From: a virus
Virus record (IMG/VR): IMGVR_UViG_3300027708_001637
Strand: one strand, 5' to 3'
DNA: 64,000 nucleotides
Shown: positions 6,977-16,573 of the stretch, piece after piece
Position numbering within the stretch: position 1 is the stretch's first letter
Layout of the letters: each line of letters begins with the position of its first letter
Translations under genes and position numbers: made by a program
The notes under the pieces: generated by a model
What the model was told of the DNA's origin: nothing
The model's database searches: none
The model's input: the letters and a program-made list of their open reading frames with translations, nothing else

Positions 6977-7555
6977 ATGAGTACACAGTTATCTAATTTT
7001 TATTCAGGGCAGTTATTAGTGGCCAACCCCAATAATCCACGGGATGAGTTATCAAAAAGTGTAAGTTTAATTGTCAGCCATAATCGCCATTTGGCCCTAG
7101 CATTACAGTTAAACAATAGCCTGGTTCATATGACACTACACGAAGTGGCTGAAAACACTGGACTTGATACCAGTAGTTCTGCCAGCAGATTAGGCGTGCC
7201 TTTGTACTATGGTGGTGTTCATAATATACATAGGGTCCAAATAATCCACACGCCAGATTGGCGTGGACCCACTACTACCGTACTAAACAAAGAAATTGCC
7301 ATTACCAGCGACCTCAGTATATTGCAAGCATTGAGTCAAGGATATGGTCCCAAATTATTTAGAGCATGTGCAGGCTACTGGAGTTGGGAAGATGGCAAAC
7401 TGGATAATCAATTGGACAACAGTAACCAAGATGAAACGCATCGCTGGGAAATTGCCGACGCCAATATTGAAACCGTATTTAAAATAGACAGCGATCAACA
7501 ATGGCAACTTGGTCTAATCAATGCTGCACATATAACCACTGCCCAATGGCTTTAA
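6977..7555 (+). CDS. yqgE: YqgE/AlgH (DUF179) family protein
   Basis: GQLLVANP...SVSLIVSH...LYYGG...AGYWSWEDGKLDNQL pattern. Confidence 0.75.
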   Translation: MSTQLSNFYSGQLLVANPNNPRDELSKSVSLIVSHNRHLALALQLNNSLVHMTLHEVAENTGLDTSSSASRLGVPLYYGGVHNIHRVQIIHTPDWRGPTTTVLNKEIAITSDLSILQALSQGYGPKLFRACAGYWSWEDGKLDNQLDNSNQDETHRWEIADANIETVFKIDSDQQWQLGLINAAHITTAQWL

Positions 7556-9021
7556 TCCTTTTCAGGATTTAAGTTATCCAGCATACTTCTAATCTTGGGT
7601 GCTTGACCTGTAGACTTTGATTGCAGTTTAGTAAAGTCAAACCCTTCCTTAGCCTTGGGCTTTTCCCAATTATCAACTGTACTAGTACTTACTACACTGG
7701 TACGTTTTAAGCCTTCCATTACACTGGACGTTCCGCCGCCGCCTTGCCTAAAACCTGGTTGTTGCTGTTCTTCTTCATCAATGTCAGTAATACGCAATGT
7801 ATCAATATTAAATTCCAAATCACATTTCTGACCAACACCACTACTACTACGTGTCTTCATAAACTGGATTTGATAGCGCCCACGTTCCTTCATAGCACGA
7901 CTGGTAAAGATACCAATTACGTTATCTGCTGTCATAATCTTACTTAGGCCACCCGAGATATGACTGTGGTCAAATTCAATTTCTTCAACAGCACTACGAT
8001 TCAACTGACTGGCAGTAACAGTCACACATTGTGTTTCCATTGCTAAGTTTCTGATCTCTTCAGCCACGTATTTGTCCTTAACAAACAAATCACTGGGACT
8101 TACCTTCACACTTAAAGGCATCATTAAATCAAGGTAATCTATAAGCAAAACGTCTGGTTTCACGCCTGTTTTAACCTGATATTCCTTTAAATAGGCTCGA
8201 ATATCGTTACAGTTTTTTCCTGAAGGCATATACTTAACTTGCATATGTCCACTACGTTTTCCCAACATTTTAACTTTGAGTTCAACGTCATCCAAGTTGC
8301 GGAAGATCTCTCTAGTACCAATGCCAGTTGTCATACTGTCCAATCGCATTGACACCAAACCTTCACTCAACTCAAATGTTAGATAGATAACGTTCAAACC
8401 CATCAGTGCCCAGTTCACGCCCAAGTTAGCCAAGAACAAACTCTTACCACCACCCGATCCTGCACAGAAGATATTCAACTCACCACGATTGAATCCTCCA
8501 TACAGCTTCTTATCAACACCTGGCCATCCTGTACTAATCTGTCCATTGTTGTCTTTAAGTTTTGCCAAACGGGCACGGGGATCAGCAAAGTAATCAGTGC
8601 CCATATCTTTGTTAAGACTAATTTGAATAGCGTTCTTAATTAGTAATTCAACTGGACCATAGTCGCCCGCTTCCAGCAAATCACTGGATTCAATAATAGC
8701 ACGTTCAAGTCCTTTATGTCGACTAAAATTTTCAAACTCATTCATTAGCCATTCGTAGTTTTCTTTGGGAATTTGAATTGCTTCAAACTCACTGCGAGTG
8801 GCTGCATTGACAATATTTGTCTCGGGCATTACCTTATAGTCATCAACATACTTGTTAATAAATTCGGCCGATGTCTGTAGTCTTTGATCAAAGTTTAATG
8901 GATCAAAAATATTTTGGCAGCGTATAAAAGTTTCAGCATCACTTAGAAACATTTCCAAGTAAAGTTTTTGCATCGCATAATCGTAATTGGGTTTTGGCGT
9001 ATCTTTTTTATTCTTTGACAT
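7552..9021 (-). CDS. DnaB/gp41-like replicative helicase
   Basis: AGSGGGKS Walker A, LLIDYLDL Walker B, TASQLNR, KTRSS. Confidence 0.92.
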   Translation of the reverse strand: MSKNKKDTPKPNYDYAMQKLYLEMFLSDAETFIRCQNIFDPLNFDQRLQTSAEFINKYVDDYKVMPETNIVNAATRSEFEAIQIPKENYEWLMNEFENFSRHKGLERAIIESSDLLEAGDYGPVELLIKNAIQISLNKDMGTDYFADPRARLAKLKDNNGQISTGWPGVDKKLYGGFNRGELNIFCAGSGGGKSLFLANLGVNWALMGLNVIYLTFELSEGLVSMRLDSMTTGIGTREIFRNLDDVELKVKMLGKRSGHMQVKYMPSGKNCNDIRAYLKEYQVKTGVKPDVLLIDYLDLMMPLSVKVSPSDLFVKDKYVAEEIRNLAMETQCVTVTASQLNRSAVEEIEFDHSHISGGLSKIMTADNVIGIFTSRAMKERGRYQIQFMKTRSSSGVGQKCDLEFNIDTLRITDIDEEEQQQPGFRQGGGGTSSVMEGLKRTSVVSTSTVDNWEKPKAKEGFDFTKLQSKSTGQAPKIRSMLDNLNPEKD

Positions 9022-10003
9022 TTAGTAGTTTCTTTTCTAATAGGTGTAAATTTATCTCGCCCTGTACTCGATAGTGTAGGATAGTAGTTAGCACGTACAG
9101 ACGACCGTATCGTTTAACTGCATCTGCCACATCTTTTATATCATCCTCCCACGGTGGCAAACTGGCACTCCATTTATTTTTTATGGCAGCGCCGACAAGT
9201 TTTGCACCAGGTTTATCTTTATCTGGAACAACAATGACTTCTCTACCTAGCGAGTTCAGTCGTGTACATTGAGTTTCATTTGGATCGTTATGCATTACAG
9301 CACAACCATCTATCGCTATGGCATCAAATTGGCCTTCTACAACGATGACGTATTTACGGTCGAATGTCTGTGCATCCAAATTAAACACATAACCTGGTTG
9401 TGCGTCCGTTAGATATTTTGGCTTACCTTCTTTGATCTTGCGTCCAGTGTAACCTACGATTTTCCCGTCGTGATAAAATGGCAGTATGACTCGATCTCGG
9501 TATCCATCAGCCGCACTCCAATGCCAGTTGTACCAATCCCACCCCATCTTACGAGTGGTTACAACATATTCGATTACTGCCAACAATTCTGGATCGTGGC
9601 ATCCTTCCTCTATCCAAGTATCGATTGGCAAGCAATCATCAGGTAGGGGTTTTTCCTGTAAAGTAAAGTTTAGCGGCTTCTTAAGTACAGGTTGGTCGTC
9701 TACTACCTTCAATGCCACTAGGTTTAATTTGCCAATGTCTATTTCACTAAGCCCCATCCATTTGAATAGGCTTCTAGTATTCTTGCTGAGTAGTTTGCCC
9801 GGAGTCCATCCTGCTTTGAATCCGCAGTTGAAGCAGTGGTAAACAAATCCGTCTTTGTCGATTCTTATTCCACCACGAGCCCGTGTATCCATACTATCAC
9901 CATTATGATGACAGCATACCGCGTTGAAGCTGGTCCATCCACTTGGAGAGGATTTACGCTTTGGAGGCAATAGTGCTAACAGGGTATCCTGTATTTCATT
10001 CAT
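9008..10003 (-). CDS. DNA primase (gp61-like: Zn finger + TOPRIM)
   Basis: CCH...HCFNC zinc motif, VVEGQFDA, PDKD; adjacent to helicase. Confidence 0.85.
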   Translation of the reverse strand: MNEIQDTLLALLPPKRKSSPSGWTSFNAVCCHHNGDSMDTRARGGIRIDKDGFVYHCFNCGFKAGWTPGKLLSKNTRSLFKWMGLSEIDIGKLNLVALKVVDDQPVLKKPLNFTLQEKPLPDDCLPIDTWIEEGCHDPELLAVIEYVVTTRKMGWDWYNWHWSAADGYRDRVILPFYHDGKIVGYTGRKIKEGKPKYLTDAQPGYVFNLDAQTFDRKYVIVVEGQFDAIAIDGCAVMHNDPNETQCTRLNSLGREVIVVPDKDKPGAKLVGAAIKNKWSASLPPWEDDIKDVADAVKRYGRLYVLTTILHYRVQGEINLHLLEKKLLNVKE

Positions 10004-10008
10004 CAACT

Positions 10009-10037
10009 ATTGTAACGTAACTGTATTACTAAGTCAA
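10009..10037 (-). promoter_or_regulatory. sigma70-type promoter for primase-helicase
   Basis: TTGACT-17-TACAAT on - strand, ending 5 nt before ATG 10003. Confidence 0.7.
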
Positions 10038-10049
10038 CAAGCGTGATGT

Positions 10050-10904
10050 TCAACTTCTATATAAGACTCGGTCAAACGAACCGTAATAAGCAGGGTCGTC
10101 GTTGGTATTGGTGGCAGGATTATCTGCAGGGATGAATTGAACACGGACATAACTGTATATACCGTTAAAGTTGACATAGTCAACGCCGCTAAATCCATCA
10201 TAAGTCAACGACTGTACATTGAAATAGTAGCCAGTTGAGTCTGGTTGATTATTCATTGTGGCCTGTATGTTTACCGTACCTTTGAAGTCAGTCATATACA
10301 GGGCCATTGTGTGTAATGCCGTGTTGCTTTTATATTCTGGATAGGCATAGACATTGCCGCTAGTGTGTTCGTATTTGCCCAGGCCGCCGTGGAGGCTGCT
10401 GTTGAATCTACGAATAAATGCAGTAATTTCTTGACTGGGCTGTAGTGCAGGGTAAATGTCCTCTGCCAAAGTCAGTGTACCGTTGATGCCATAGTAGGTA
10501 TTTGAATAAGCTGGCAAATAAGTTCCGTCAGCAGGATCTTGGTAAGTGATGGAGAAAGTGTAACTGCTAACATCCAAGTCTACTGTATCACTTTCGGTAA
10601 GTGTCAATTGTGCTAGTCCACGGAGGGCTAAGGTAGACCCATCGTCAATAACTGTCAATTGTTTTTGTAACAATTGTCTTTTCTCAAGTGCGTCAAACAT
10701 AGTAAACACAAAAGTTGAACTGTTGCTGATAGGTATACGTTTTTGGTCGCTATTCTTAAATTGAATTTGAACCTTGTTTTTGACACCCTTTTGTATTTTT
10801 AGATCACGTTGATACATAACTCGATTGACTCCTCGCACAGTTGAATCCAGGTCTAATATAACTGGATAAATATTTGGATATAAATAGACTGGTAAACTTA
10901 ACAT
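10050..10904 (-). CDS. hypothetical, probably virion beta-sandwich protein
   Basis: 284 aa beta-rich ORF behind AATAAATA late-type promoter. Confidence 0.6.
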   Translation of the reverse strand: MLSLPVYLYPNIYPVILDLDSTVRGVNRVMYQRDLKIQKGVKNKVQIQFKNSDQKRIPISNSSTFVFTMFDALEKRQLLQKQLTVIDDGSTLALRGLAQLTLTESDTVDLDVSSYTFSITYQDPADGTYLPAYSNTYYGINGTLTLAEDIYPALQPSQEITAFIRRFNSSLHGGLGKYEHTSGNVYAYPEYKSNTALHTMALYMTDFKGTVNIQATMNNQPDSTGYYFNVQSLTYDGFSGVDYVNFNGIYSYVRVQFIPADNPATNTNDDPAYYGSFDRVLYRS

Positions 10905-10924
10905 ATGAGTATTTATTGATTACA

Positions 10925-11308
10925 ATGTCATCTTCCGAAACCTTCCAAGAACTCCACCCCTTTGTCTCCTGCGTAAAATCGAACAATATCGAATACGTGG
11001 GCATTGTTATCAATTTTGATGACTACGTTACTAGCATATATGATATTAGTATGATAATTACAGACGAGGCACGTCGTAAATTTTTAGAATTGGGTGAAGT
11101 TTGGTGGTGGGAATCTAATAGAAAGATTCCCATTAGCATTTTTCTAAAGAAGGAAATGCAGGCATTTAGATATGCTATCAAAACATTTAATAGCAAAGAT
11201 ATCGAATTAGTATTTGGGCCCAGTGTAAATCTAAGTGAGATCGCCGAAAAGCGTATCAAACGCAAAAGTATTCAACTAGTACGTGTTCCTAAGAATACCC
11301 GTAACTGA
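10925..11308 (+). CDS. hypothetical protein
   Basis: ORF 10874..11308; start placed at ATG 10925 outside the opposite-strand gene. Confidence 0.65.
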   Translation: MSSSETFQELHPFVSCVKSNNIEYVGIVINFDDYVTSIYDISMIITDEARRKFLELGEVWWWESNRKIPISIFLKKEMQAFRYAIKTFNSKDIELVFGPSVNLSEIAEKRIKRKSIQLVRVPKNTRN

Positions 11309-11867
11309 TCTTTTCACAAATCAAATTCAATTGCACTACAATAACACTTGCATAGGAAATTGAATGACTCTTCTTAAAGAAATAGGTATCGTCAGTCTTA
11401 GTCCAAATTTCATCTTGGATCGCTTGGAAGCCCTGCTCCTTGCATATTGGAACGAGATGTTTCTTCCCAGGTCGCATCATAGCCAAGACCATAGCTAACT
11501 CAGTTACACTTTTTGGCGCAAGACTGGCTACCAATGTATGATATCCATTAATATGGAATAATTGATCGCACACTTCTTTCTCGCCTAGCAATTCCCAAAG
11601 TGGTTCAGTATTCAGCAATTGAACTAAATGGTCTTCATCTCTAACACCTTGATAAGCACTGACATTCAAAAAGTCAATCTTAAAATATCCTCTTGATTCA
11701 GCAGTCTTATAATCAATACTGGCTTGCCCAGTCAGTGGATTAACGGGAATAGGTTGACAATAAACACCTGTGTTATGTTTGCGTCCATCTTCCAAAGTGG
11801 CAGGAATATGTTTAATGATGTCTAACACACCATTACGATTTGCAAAGTCTAAATCAATATCCGGCAA
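11289..11867 (-). CDS. dnaE: miniature DNA polymerase III alpha (C-family) catalytic fragment
   Basis: PDIDLDF, KHNTGV, FKIDFL, MRPG and FKKSHS motifs of DnaE in only 192 aa; TTG start. Confidence 0.8.
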   Translation of the reverse strand: MPDIDLDFANRNGVLDIIKHIPATLEDGRKHNTGVYCQPIPVNPLTGQASIDYKTAESRGYFKIDFLNVSAYQGVRDEDHLVQLLNTEPLWELLGEKEVCDQLFHINGYHTLVASLAPKSVTELAMVLAMMRPGKKHLVPICKEQGFQAIQDEIWTKTDDTYFFKKSHSISYASVIVVQLNLICEKISYGYS

Positions 11868-12648
11868 TTCTTATCTCATCATAGGTTGGTGCATAATTAC
11901 CGCGGTGTTGAACTGTTATGCTTGCAGCGGTGTTAGCAAACATTATAGCAATTTTTATGTTTCCTGTCAATAGGTATTGATAAGTTAGCGCTGCCAAAAA
12001 AGTATCCCCTGCACCGCACACATCTGCTACTTCAACTTTAGTTGTTCGATATGTTTTGCCTTTATATTGAGCACCTTTGTCTCCTAACGTAACAATAACA
12101 TTGTCGCCAAGTGTTTTGGCATTCTTAAATTCAAGTTCGTTAATTTTGATATAAACGTGGGGTGACTGGAATGGGCGGGCGATGTCTGCTAATCTAGTTT
12201 TCTTTGTATCAATAAAGACTGGACACGAAACTTGTCTAACGAGGTCTTCTATTTCATCATAACGTAAAAAACCCTTATCATAATCTGATATCACAATGGC
12301 ATCATAACTTGTAATAGGGTCCGATGTTTTGCCACTCCAGTGAACAATTTTGGGTTCATCATCCACTCTTAGTAAATGTTGTCCTGATCGTTTATCAATA
12401 TATCTAGTCTTTTTAATGACGGCATCGTTAGTAATGAACTCTGCATCAATGCCTAACTGTTTAAGATTATTATATACGTTAGCAGCCATACCAGGCACTG
12501 TTGTAGTTTCAACATCCTTGATAACTGGCACTGGTGCTTCTGGACTCAGTCTATCAACTGTTCCAATCTTATATTCATCAATGCAACTATCACCGATCAG
12601 TAATACTTTGAATAATTTTTGTGCTGGAGTATTCTTCAATTCTGTCAT
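11854..12648 (-). CDS. hldE: HldE/RfaE domain I-like heptose-7-phosphate kinase (PfkB)
   Basis: LLIGDSCIDEY, RLSPEAPVPV, SDYDKG, DVCGAGDTF. Confidence 0.88.
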   Translation of the reverse strand: MTELKNTPAQKLFKVLLIGDSCIDEYKIGTVDRLSPEAPVPVIKDVETTTVPGMAANVYNNLKQLGIDAEFITNDAVIKKTRYIDKRSGQHLLRVDDEPKIVHWSGKTSDPITSYDAIVISDYDKGFLRYDEIEDLVRQVSCPVFIDTKKTRLADIARPFQSPHVYIKINELEFKNAKTLGDNVIVTLGDKGAQYKGKTYRTTKVEVADVCGAGDTFLAALTYQYLLTGNIKIAIMFANTAASITVQHRGNYAPTYDEIRIAGY

Positions 12649-12988
12649 ACCAATGTATCTTTTTAACGTATTGTTCTGCTACTACGCTTTTGCCTCGCCA
12701 ATCACTACCCTTAACCATAATGTCTGGCTGGTAAAGTTTAAGTAATCTAATAAGGTCTTCTTGACTGTCAAATAGTTCTACAATATCTACAGCCTTTAAA
12801 TTTTGTAGCATTATTCTGCGAAAGTTTTGATCGTTGATAGGTCGCTTATCGCCCTTAAGTTCTTTAACACGGCTGTCAGTATCGATACATACAACAAGGT
12901 AGTCACCTAAACTACGGGCCGTGTTTAGCATAGCAATATGCCCCGGATGGAGAATATCGAATGTACCATTTACAATCACTGTAGTCAT
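12590..12988 (-). CDS. HldE/RfaE domain II-like adenylyltransferase
   Basis: NGTFDILHPGH, KGDKRPIN, KGSDW, SSTKII; ATG 12988 overlaps upstream TGA. Confidence 0.85.
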   Translation of the reverse strand: MTTVIVNGTFDILHPGHIAMLNTARSLGDYLVVCIDTDSRVKELKGDKRPINDQNFRRIMLQNLKAVDIVELFDSQEDLIRLLKLYQPDIMVKGSDWRGKSVVAEQYVKKIHWYDRIEEYSSTKIIQSITDR

Positions 12989-13752
12989 GGATAATGCTTT
13001 CTTAACTTGGTCACGTCTGCACAAGTATATTTTTGATACTGTGTTTTAAGGTCATCTGGCATTGGGATATATTCAATCTTTGCTTCTAGACCTTCAGCAA
13101 TAGTTTCTGCAATATGTTGGAATGACTGTGGCTTGCCTGTTCCCACATTCCATATACCAGACTCTTGTACATTAAAGAATTTCTTGTGTACATTGATTAC
13201 TTCGCTGACTGGAACAAAATCACGTAGGAATTGGTCACTACCTTCAAACAATTTAATAACACCAGTCTCTTCTGCTTGCTTAGTAAACTTATGATGTGGA
13301 CTAGGTTGATCTTTATGATCTTCGTGAGGGCCGTAAACATTGAAGTAACGGAAACCTTGTACACGAATGTCCTTAAAGTTTTGCGACATCACACTTCTAT
13401 CAAATAGGTATTTGCTCCAAGCATAGGGACTTGCAGGATTTGGCGGGGTATTTTCACTAAAATTATTAGTCAGCCCGTATACGCTGGCACTGCTGGCATA
13501 TTGCAAGTTAACACCATTTTCTATGCAGGCTAACAGTGTTAGACAACTAAAGTCATGATTTTGTCTCATAACTTTTTCTACATCTCGTTCGTTAGTGCTA
13601 CTAATTGCACCTAAGTGAATACACCAATCTAAACCAGCAAAGTTTGGAGGAGCATCACCCCAGTTGTAAAAAGAAAGTTCGTGGTCGTCTTTAAGTGCAT
13701 TGACCATATTTTGGCCAATAAAACCTTTATGACCCGTAATTAAGATTTTCAT
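12985..13752 (-). CDS. hldD: ADP-L-glycero-D-manno-heptose 6-epimerase
   Basis: TGHKGFIG, YASSASVYG, YAWSK, FRYFNVYGP, YQKYTCAD. Confidence 0.85.
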   Translation of the reverse strand: MKILITGHKGFIGQNMVNALKDDHELSFYNWGDAPPNFAGLDWCIHLGAISSTNERDVEKVMRQNHDFSCLTLLACIENGVNLQYASSASVYGLTNNFSENTPPNPASPYAWSKYLFDRSVMSQNFKDIRVQGFRYFNVYGPHEDHKDQPSPHHKFTKQAEETGVIKLFEGSDQFLRDFVPVSEVINVHKKFFNVQESGIWNVGTGKPQSFQHIAETIAEGLEAKIEYIPMPDDLKTQYQKYTCADVTKLRKHYP

Positions 13753-14108
13753 TTCTGACTATCGCCTTTTCCTACACGGTAATTATCTGCTATACTATCA
13801 GGCATACTAACTTCAATAATTGTTCCTTCTTCAATACATATCAATTGATGAGGTAACAGCGGAACATTATGCCAAGTATCTCCCACATTTAATTCATGGG
13901 CTTGTACATCTGCTGTTTTAGTATCGATAATCTTAACAATAAACTTTCCACTTAGTACATACCAAGATTCTTCTTTCTCAGAATGAAAGTGCATACTAAA
14001 TTTTGCGCCTGTATTAAAATTCATTAACTTGCCGCAGTACTTGTCAGTGGTGGCCCAAATTAATTCGCTGCCCCAACCCTTTTTTACAAAGCCTTCTAAT
14101 CTTATCAT
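13749..14108 (-). CDS. cupin-fold sugar isomerase-like protein
   Basis: KGWGSELIW, SMHFHSEKEESW, PHQL cupin motifs. Confidence 0.75.
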   Translation of the reverse strand: MIRLEGFVKKGWGSELIWATTDKYCGKLMNFNTGAKFSMHFHSEKEESWYVLSGKFIVKIIDTKTADVQAHELNVGDTWHNVPLLPHQLICIEEGTIIEVSMPDSIADNYRVGKGDSQK

Positions 14109-14287
14109 TCTGGTATCTCCGTAAATCTCAATAGGAAACTTTCCATATAACAACTATATTCAGTACCAGTATCTTGCTCTCGATAATAGATCCACGTATG
14201 ATCTTCGATTTCCTTTGTGTATATTACACAGAATATTTTACGGCTATCCGCGCCGCACCACTTGCTTCCATCTTTTGGTATTTTCAT
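14105..14287 (-). CDS. hypothetical protein
   Basis: 60 aa ORF with ATGA coupling to the cupin gene. Confidence 0.6.
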   Translation of the reverse strand: MKIPKDGSKWCGADSRKIFCVIYTKEIEDHTWIYYREQDTGTEYSCYMESFLLRFTEIPE

Positions 14288-14311
14288 AAAATTCCTTTAC
14301 TAATTTTACAT

Positions 14312-14788
14312 TTAATTTTGCGGATCGTCAACTTCTAACCAAGTATGATCGCCCATATATTTTACTGGTGTTATGTATTCATAATCTTCTGGAGGACTGG
14401 CTGACCACCCTTTTGGGCCATTGTGTACTAACAATGTTTTCATTTTTCTCTTATCCCAAACTAGATAATATACCTGCCCCATTACTGCTTTAAACTGATA
14501 CTCGGCAGCGTGTACGGCATCTGTAACTTCTAATCTACGTTTAATTTGTTCTGCTTGTTTTTGTAACACATTAACTAATTCTATAATTCGATCATATTCT
14601 TGCTGGGCATACATCCTAGCGTGATTGATCATTATGTCTTTTTGCCGAGTGACTGGGATTAGATCAAATTTTACAGCGCCTGCTTCAGTGGGGTACTCAG
14701 ATACATTCCTATTAAAGAATGGAATCAAAGATCCAGTTGATGTGGAATCGTAACTTGTTCTACCTTTGGCAGAATTTGGTTGTGTCAC
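14312..14788 (-). CDS. DUF2452-like protein
   Basis: YPTEAGAVKF...LQKQAEQI...HAAEYQF...GDHTW pattern recalled for DUF2452. Confidence 0.55.
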   Translation of the reverse strand: MTQPNSAKGRTSYDSTSTGSLIPFFNRNVSEYPTEAGAVKFDLIPVTRQKDIMINHARMYAQQEYDRIIELVNVLQKQAEQIKRRLEVTDAVHAAEYQFKAVMGQVYYLVWDKRKMKTLLVHNGPKGWSASPPEDYEYITPVKYMGDHTWLEVDDPQN

Positions 14789-15168
14789 AGTTCTCCACTT
14801 TCTGATAATTTTAACATTAGGCTATATTGTTCGTATGCTTTTTTCACTGCTGGATATTTGTCCCTCAAATATCGTTCACGTTCTTTTTGTTCCATTAATG
14901 TTTCAAACATTCTGTAATGCCCTTGCTTCTTCATGTTATTAAACACTTCTGATTCAAAGTTTGCAACTCGTTCTAATTCACTTTCTGCAATCTCTACAGT
15001 ATACAAGGGTTCGCTATCGAACACAATATCTTCATAAACACGATTAAAATCCAAGGGATCATGAAAGTAATTTATATTGACTTTATGATAACGGCTTGCT
15101 CTTTTGTTAGTGTCAAGAATATTAATTCTGTGGTGTTGACAAAACTCTTTCACTATATCAGTGGTCAT
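14785..15168 (-). CDS. hypothetical protein
   Basis: 127 aa, 4-nt overlaps on both sides. Confidence 0.7.
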   Translation of the reverse strand: MTTDIVKEFCQHHRINILDTNKRASRYHKVNINYFHDPLDFNRVYEDIVFDSEPLYTVEIAESELERVANFESEVFNNMKKQGHYRMFETLMEQKERERYLRDKYPAVKKAYEQYSLMLKLSESGEL

Positions 15169-15860
15169 TTTATTCCGACTTCTTCTAAAATTTCTTTCAC
15201 TAATGCAACATCAGCTGGCAGTTCCTTAAAACGTTTACGCCAGTGTGGCACATCAAAAGCAGGTGCAATCATATTCAATTGATCGTCGCTCATATTACGA
15301 ACCATTGCTTTTCCATCTTCGCAATTTAAAATCACCCAGCAACTGATCTTACCATTTACAATATCGTTAACTGCACGATTTAGTGTGGCATATAAAAAGT
15401 AATGATTAAACTCTGCACTATGTTCGTCGCCCCATTCCATCATTGTTTGTAGGGTTCGTTGTACTGCTGATTCTACTGGTTCTGTTTTCAGCATTTCATA
15501 AAGATACTTTTCATACAAACTATCTTTACACCAGTTATCTAATTTAGCACCACTTTTAATCACGTAGTCAATAAACTTGTCTGGGTACAATGGGTTAGCG
15601 TTATTAATAAAACTACCAAATTTTACAAAGGCGTTATAATAACTGCTGTCTGCAAAGTTGTCATAAGTCTTGGGCTTTTTGGCATTTTGTGTTAATTGCC
15701 AAAAACGATTATAGGCCATAAAACCTGCCTGCACTCTTTTCTCATCCTTTTGTAGTGCGCGGCGCTTTCGCTCGCACATATGTGCCACAAGAGTTTTTTC
15801 TTGCATAAAACTCTTGTTACAATGCACACAACTATAAGGTTGATTAACCAATGCTATCAC
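15165..15860 (-). CDS. hypothetical protein with N-terminal C2HC zinc-finger-like motif
   Basis: YSCVHCNKSFMQEKTLVAHMC. Confidence 0.65.
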   Translation of the reverse strand: MIALVNQPYSCVHCNKSFMQEKTLVAHMCERKRRALQKDEKRVQAGFMAYNRFWQLTQNAKKPKTYDNFADSSYYNAFVKFGSFINNANPLYPDKFIDYVIKSGAKLDNWCKDSLYEKYLYEMLKTEPVESAVQRTLQTMMEWGDEHSAEFNHYFLYATLNRAVNDIVNGKISCWVILNCEDGKAMVRNMSDDQLNMIAPAFDVPHWRKRFKELPADVALVKEILEEVGIK

Positions 15861-16069
15861 GCGGCCTTCCTAAATTTACTCAATAAATTATTGGCTAATG
15901 TAAGATCATCTATCAAGATTTCATTATGTATGGGAGTCATTTTAATTAAAAATTTTCCAGGCGAATTCGGGTCGTGCGATACTGTAACATTATGAGTGGT
16001 AGAATTCCAAGCTGAATTATTAAAATTAAGGTTTAAATTTACAATATTGCTATAATCAAATTTATTCAT
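15857..16069 (-). CDS. hypothetical protein
   Basis: ORF; ATG 16069 behind AAGGA SD. Confidence 0.55.
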   Translation of the reverse strand: MNKFDYSNIVNLNLNFNNSAWNSTTHNVTVSHDPNSPGKFLIKMTPIHNEILIDDLTLANNLLSKFRKAA

Positions 16070-16544
16070 ATTCTTTCCTTTGTTTCTTATCAAATCCCAT
16101 TGCATCAAATAACTCTGCACGTTCGTCATCTGTCATTAATTTAGCTAATAATTTAATCTCATCATTTTTCATTGTGGGATTCAGTTCCTCAATCAACTTT
16201 TCAAATTTGTCAAGACTGCCCTTTAACATAGGCATAAAAGTGTGATCAACTTGTATACCTGCGCCCACACCGGCATACAACTGCCACAATAAACCTTCGT
16301 GATTTTTACTCAACGCCCAATGATGTTTATTAACATTTTCATTAGTTTGTGTAATATACCATTCCTTAATATCTCTGTCAGGATGTGGCGTATTAGAAAT
16401 AAATCGCATCAGCACATAGGGGCTAAACTCTTTAAGTTCGGCTTCAGACAGTGATGAATAAAAATCATAGTTTTTATTATCAACTGCCTTAAGTACTCGA
16501 CCCAGGTCTAATGCTTTAGGTTTTTTAGGTTTTGCTGTTGCCAT
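16062..16544 (-). CDS. hypothetical protein (weak resemblance to gp62 clamp-loader small subunit)
   Basis: FSPYVLMRFIS...NENVN helical pattern in a replication region; function tentative. Confidence 0.5.
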   Translation of the reverse strand: MATAKPKKPKALDLGRVLKAVDNKNYDFYSSLSEAELKEFSPYVLMRFISNTPHPDRDIKEWYITQTNENVNKHHWALSKNHEGLLWQLYAGVGAGIQVDHTFMPMLKGSLDKFEKLIEELNPTMKNDEIKLLAKLMTDDERAELFDAMGFDKKQRKEYE

Positions 16545-16573
16545 AATTATACTGGATGATAGGGAACGGTTTG

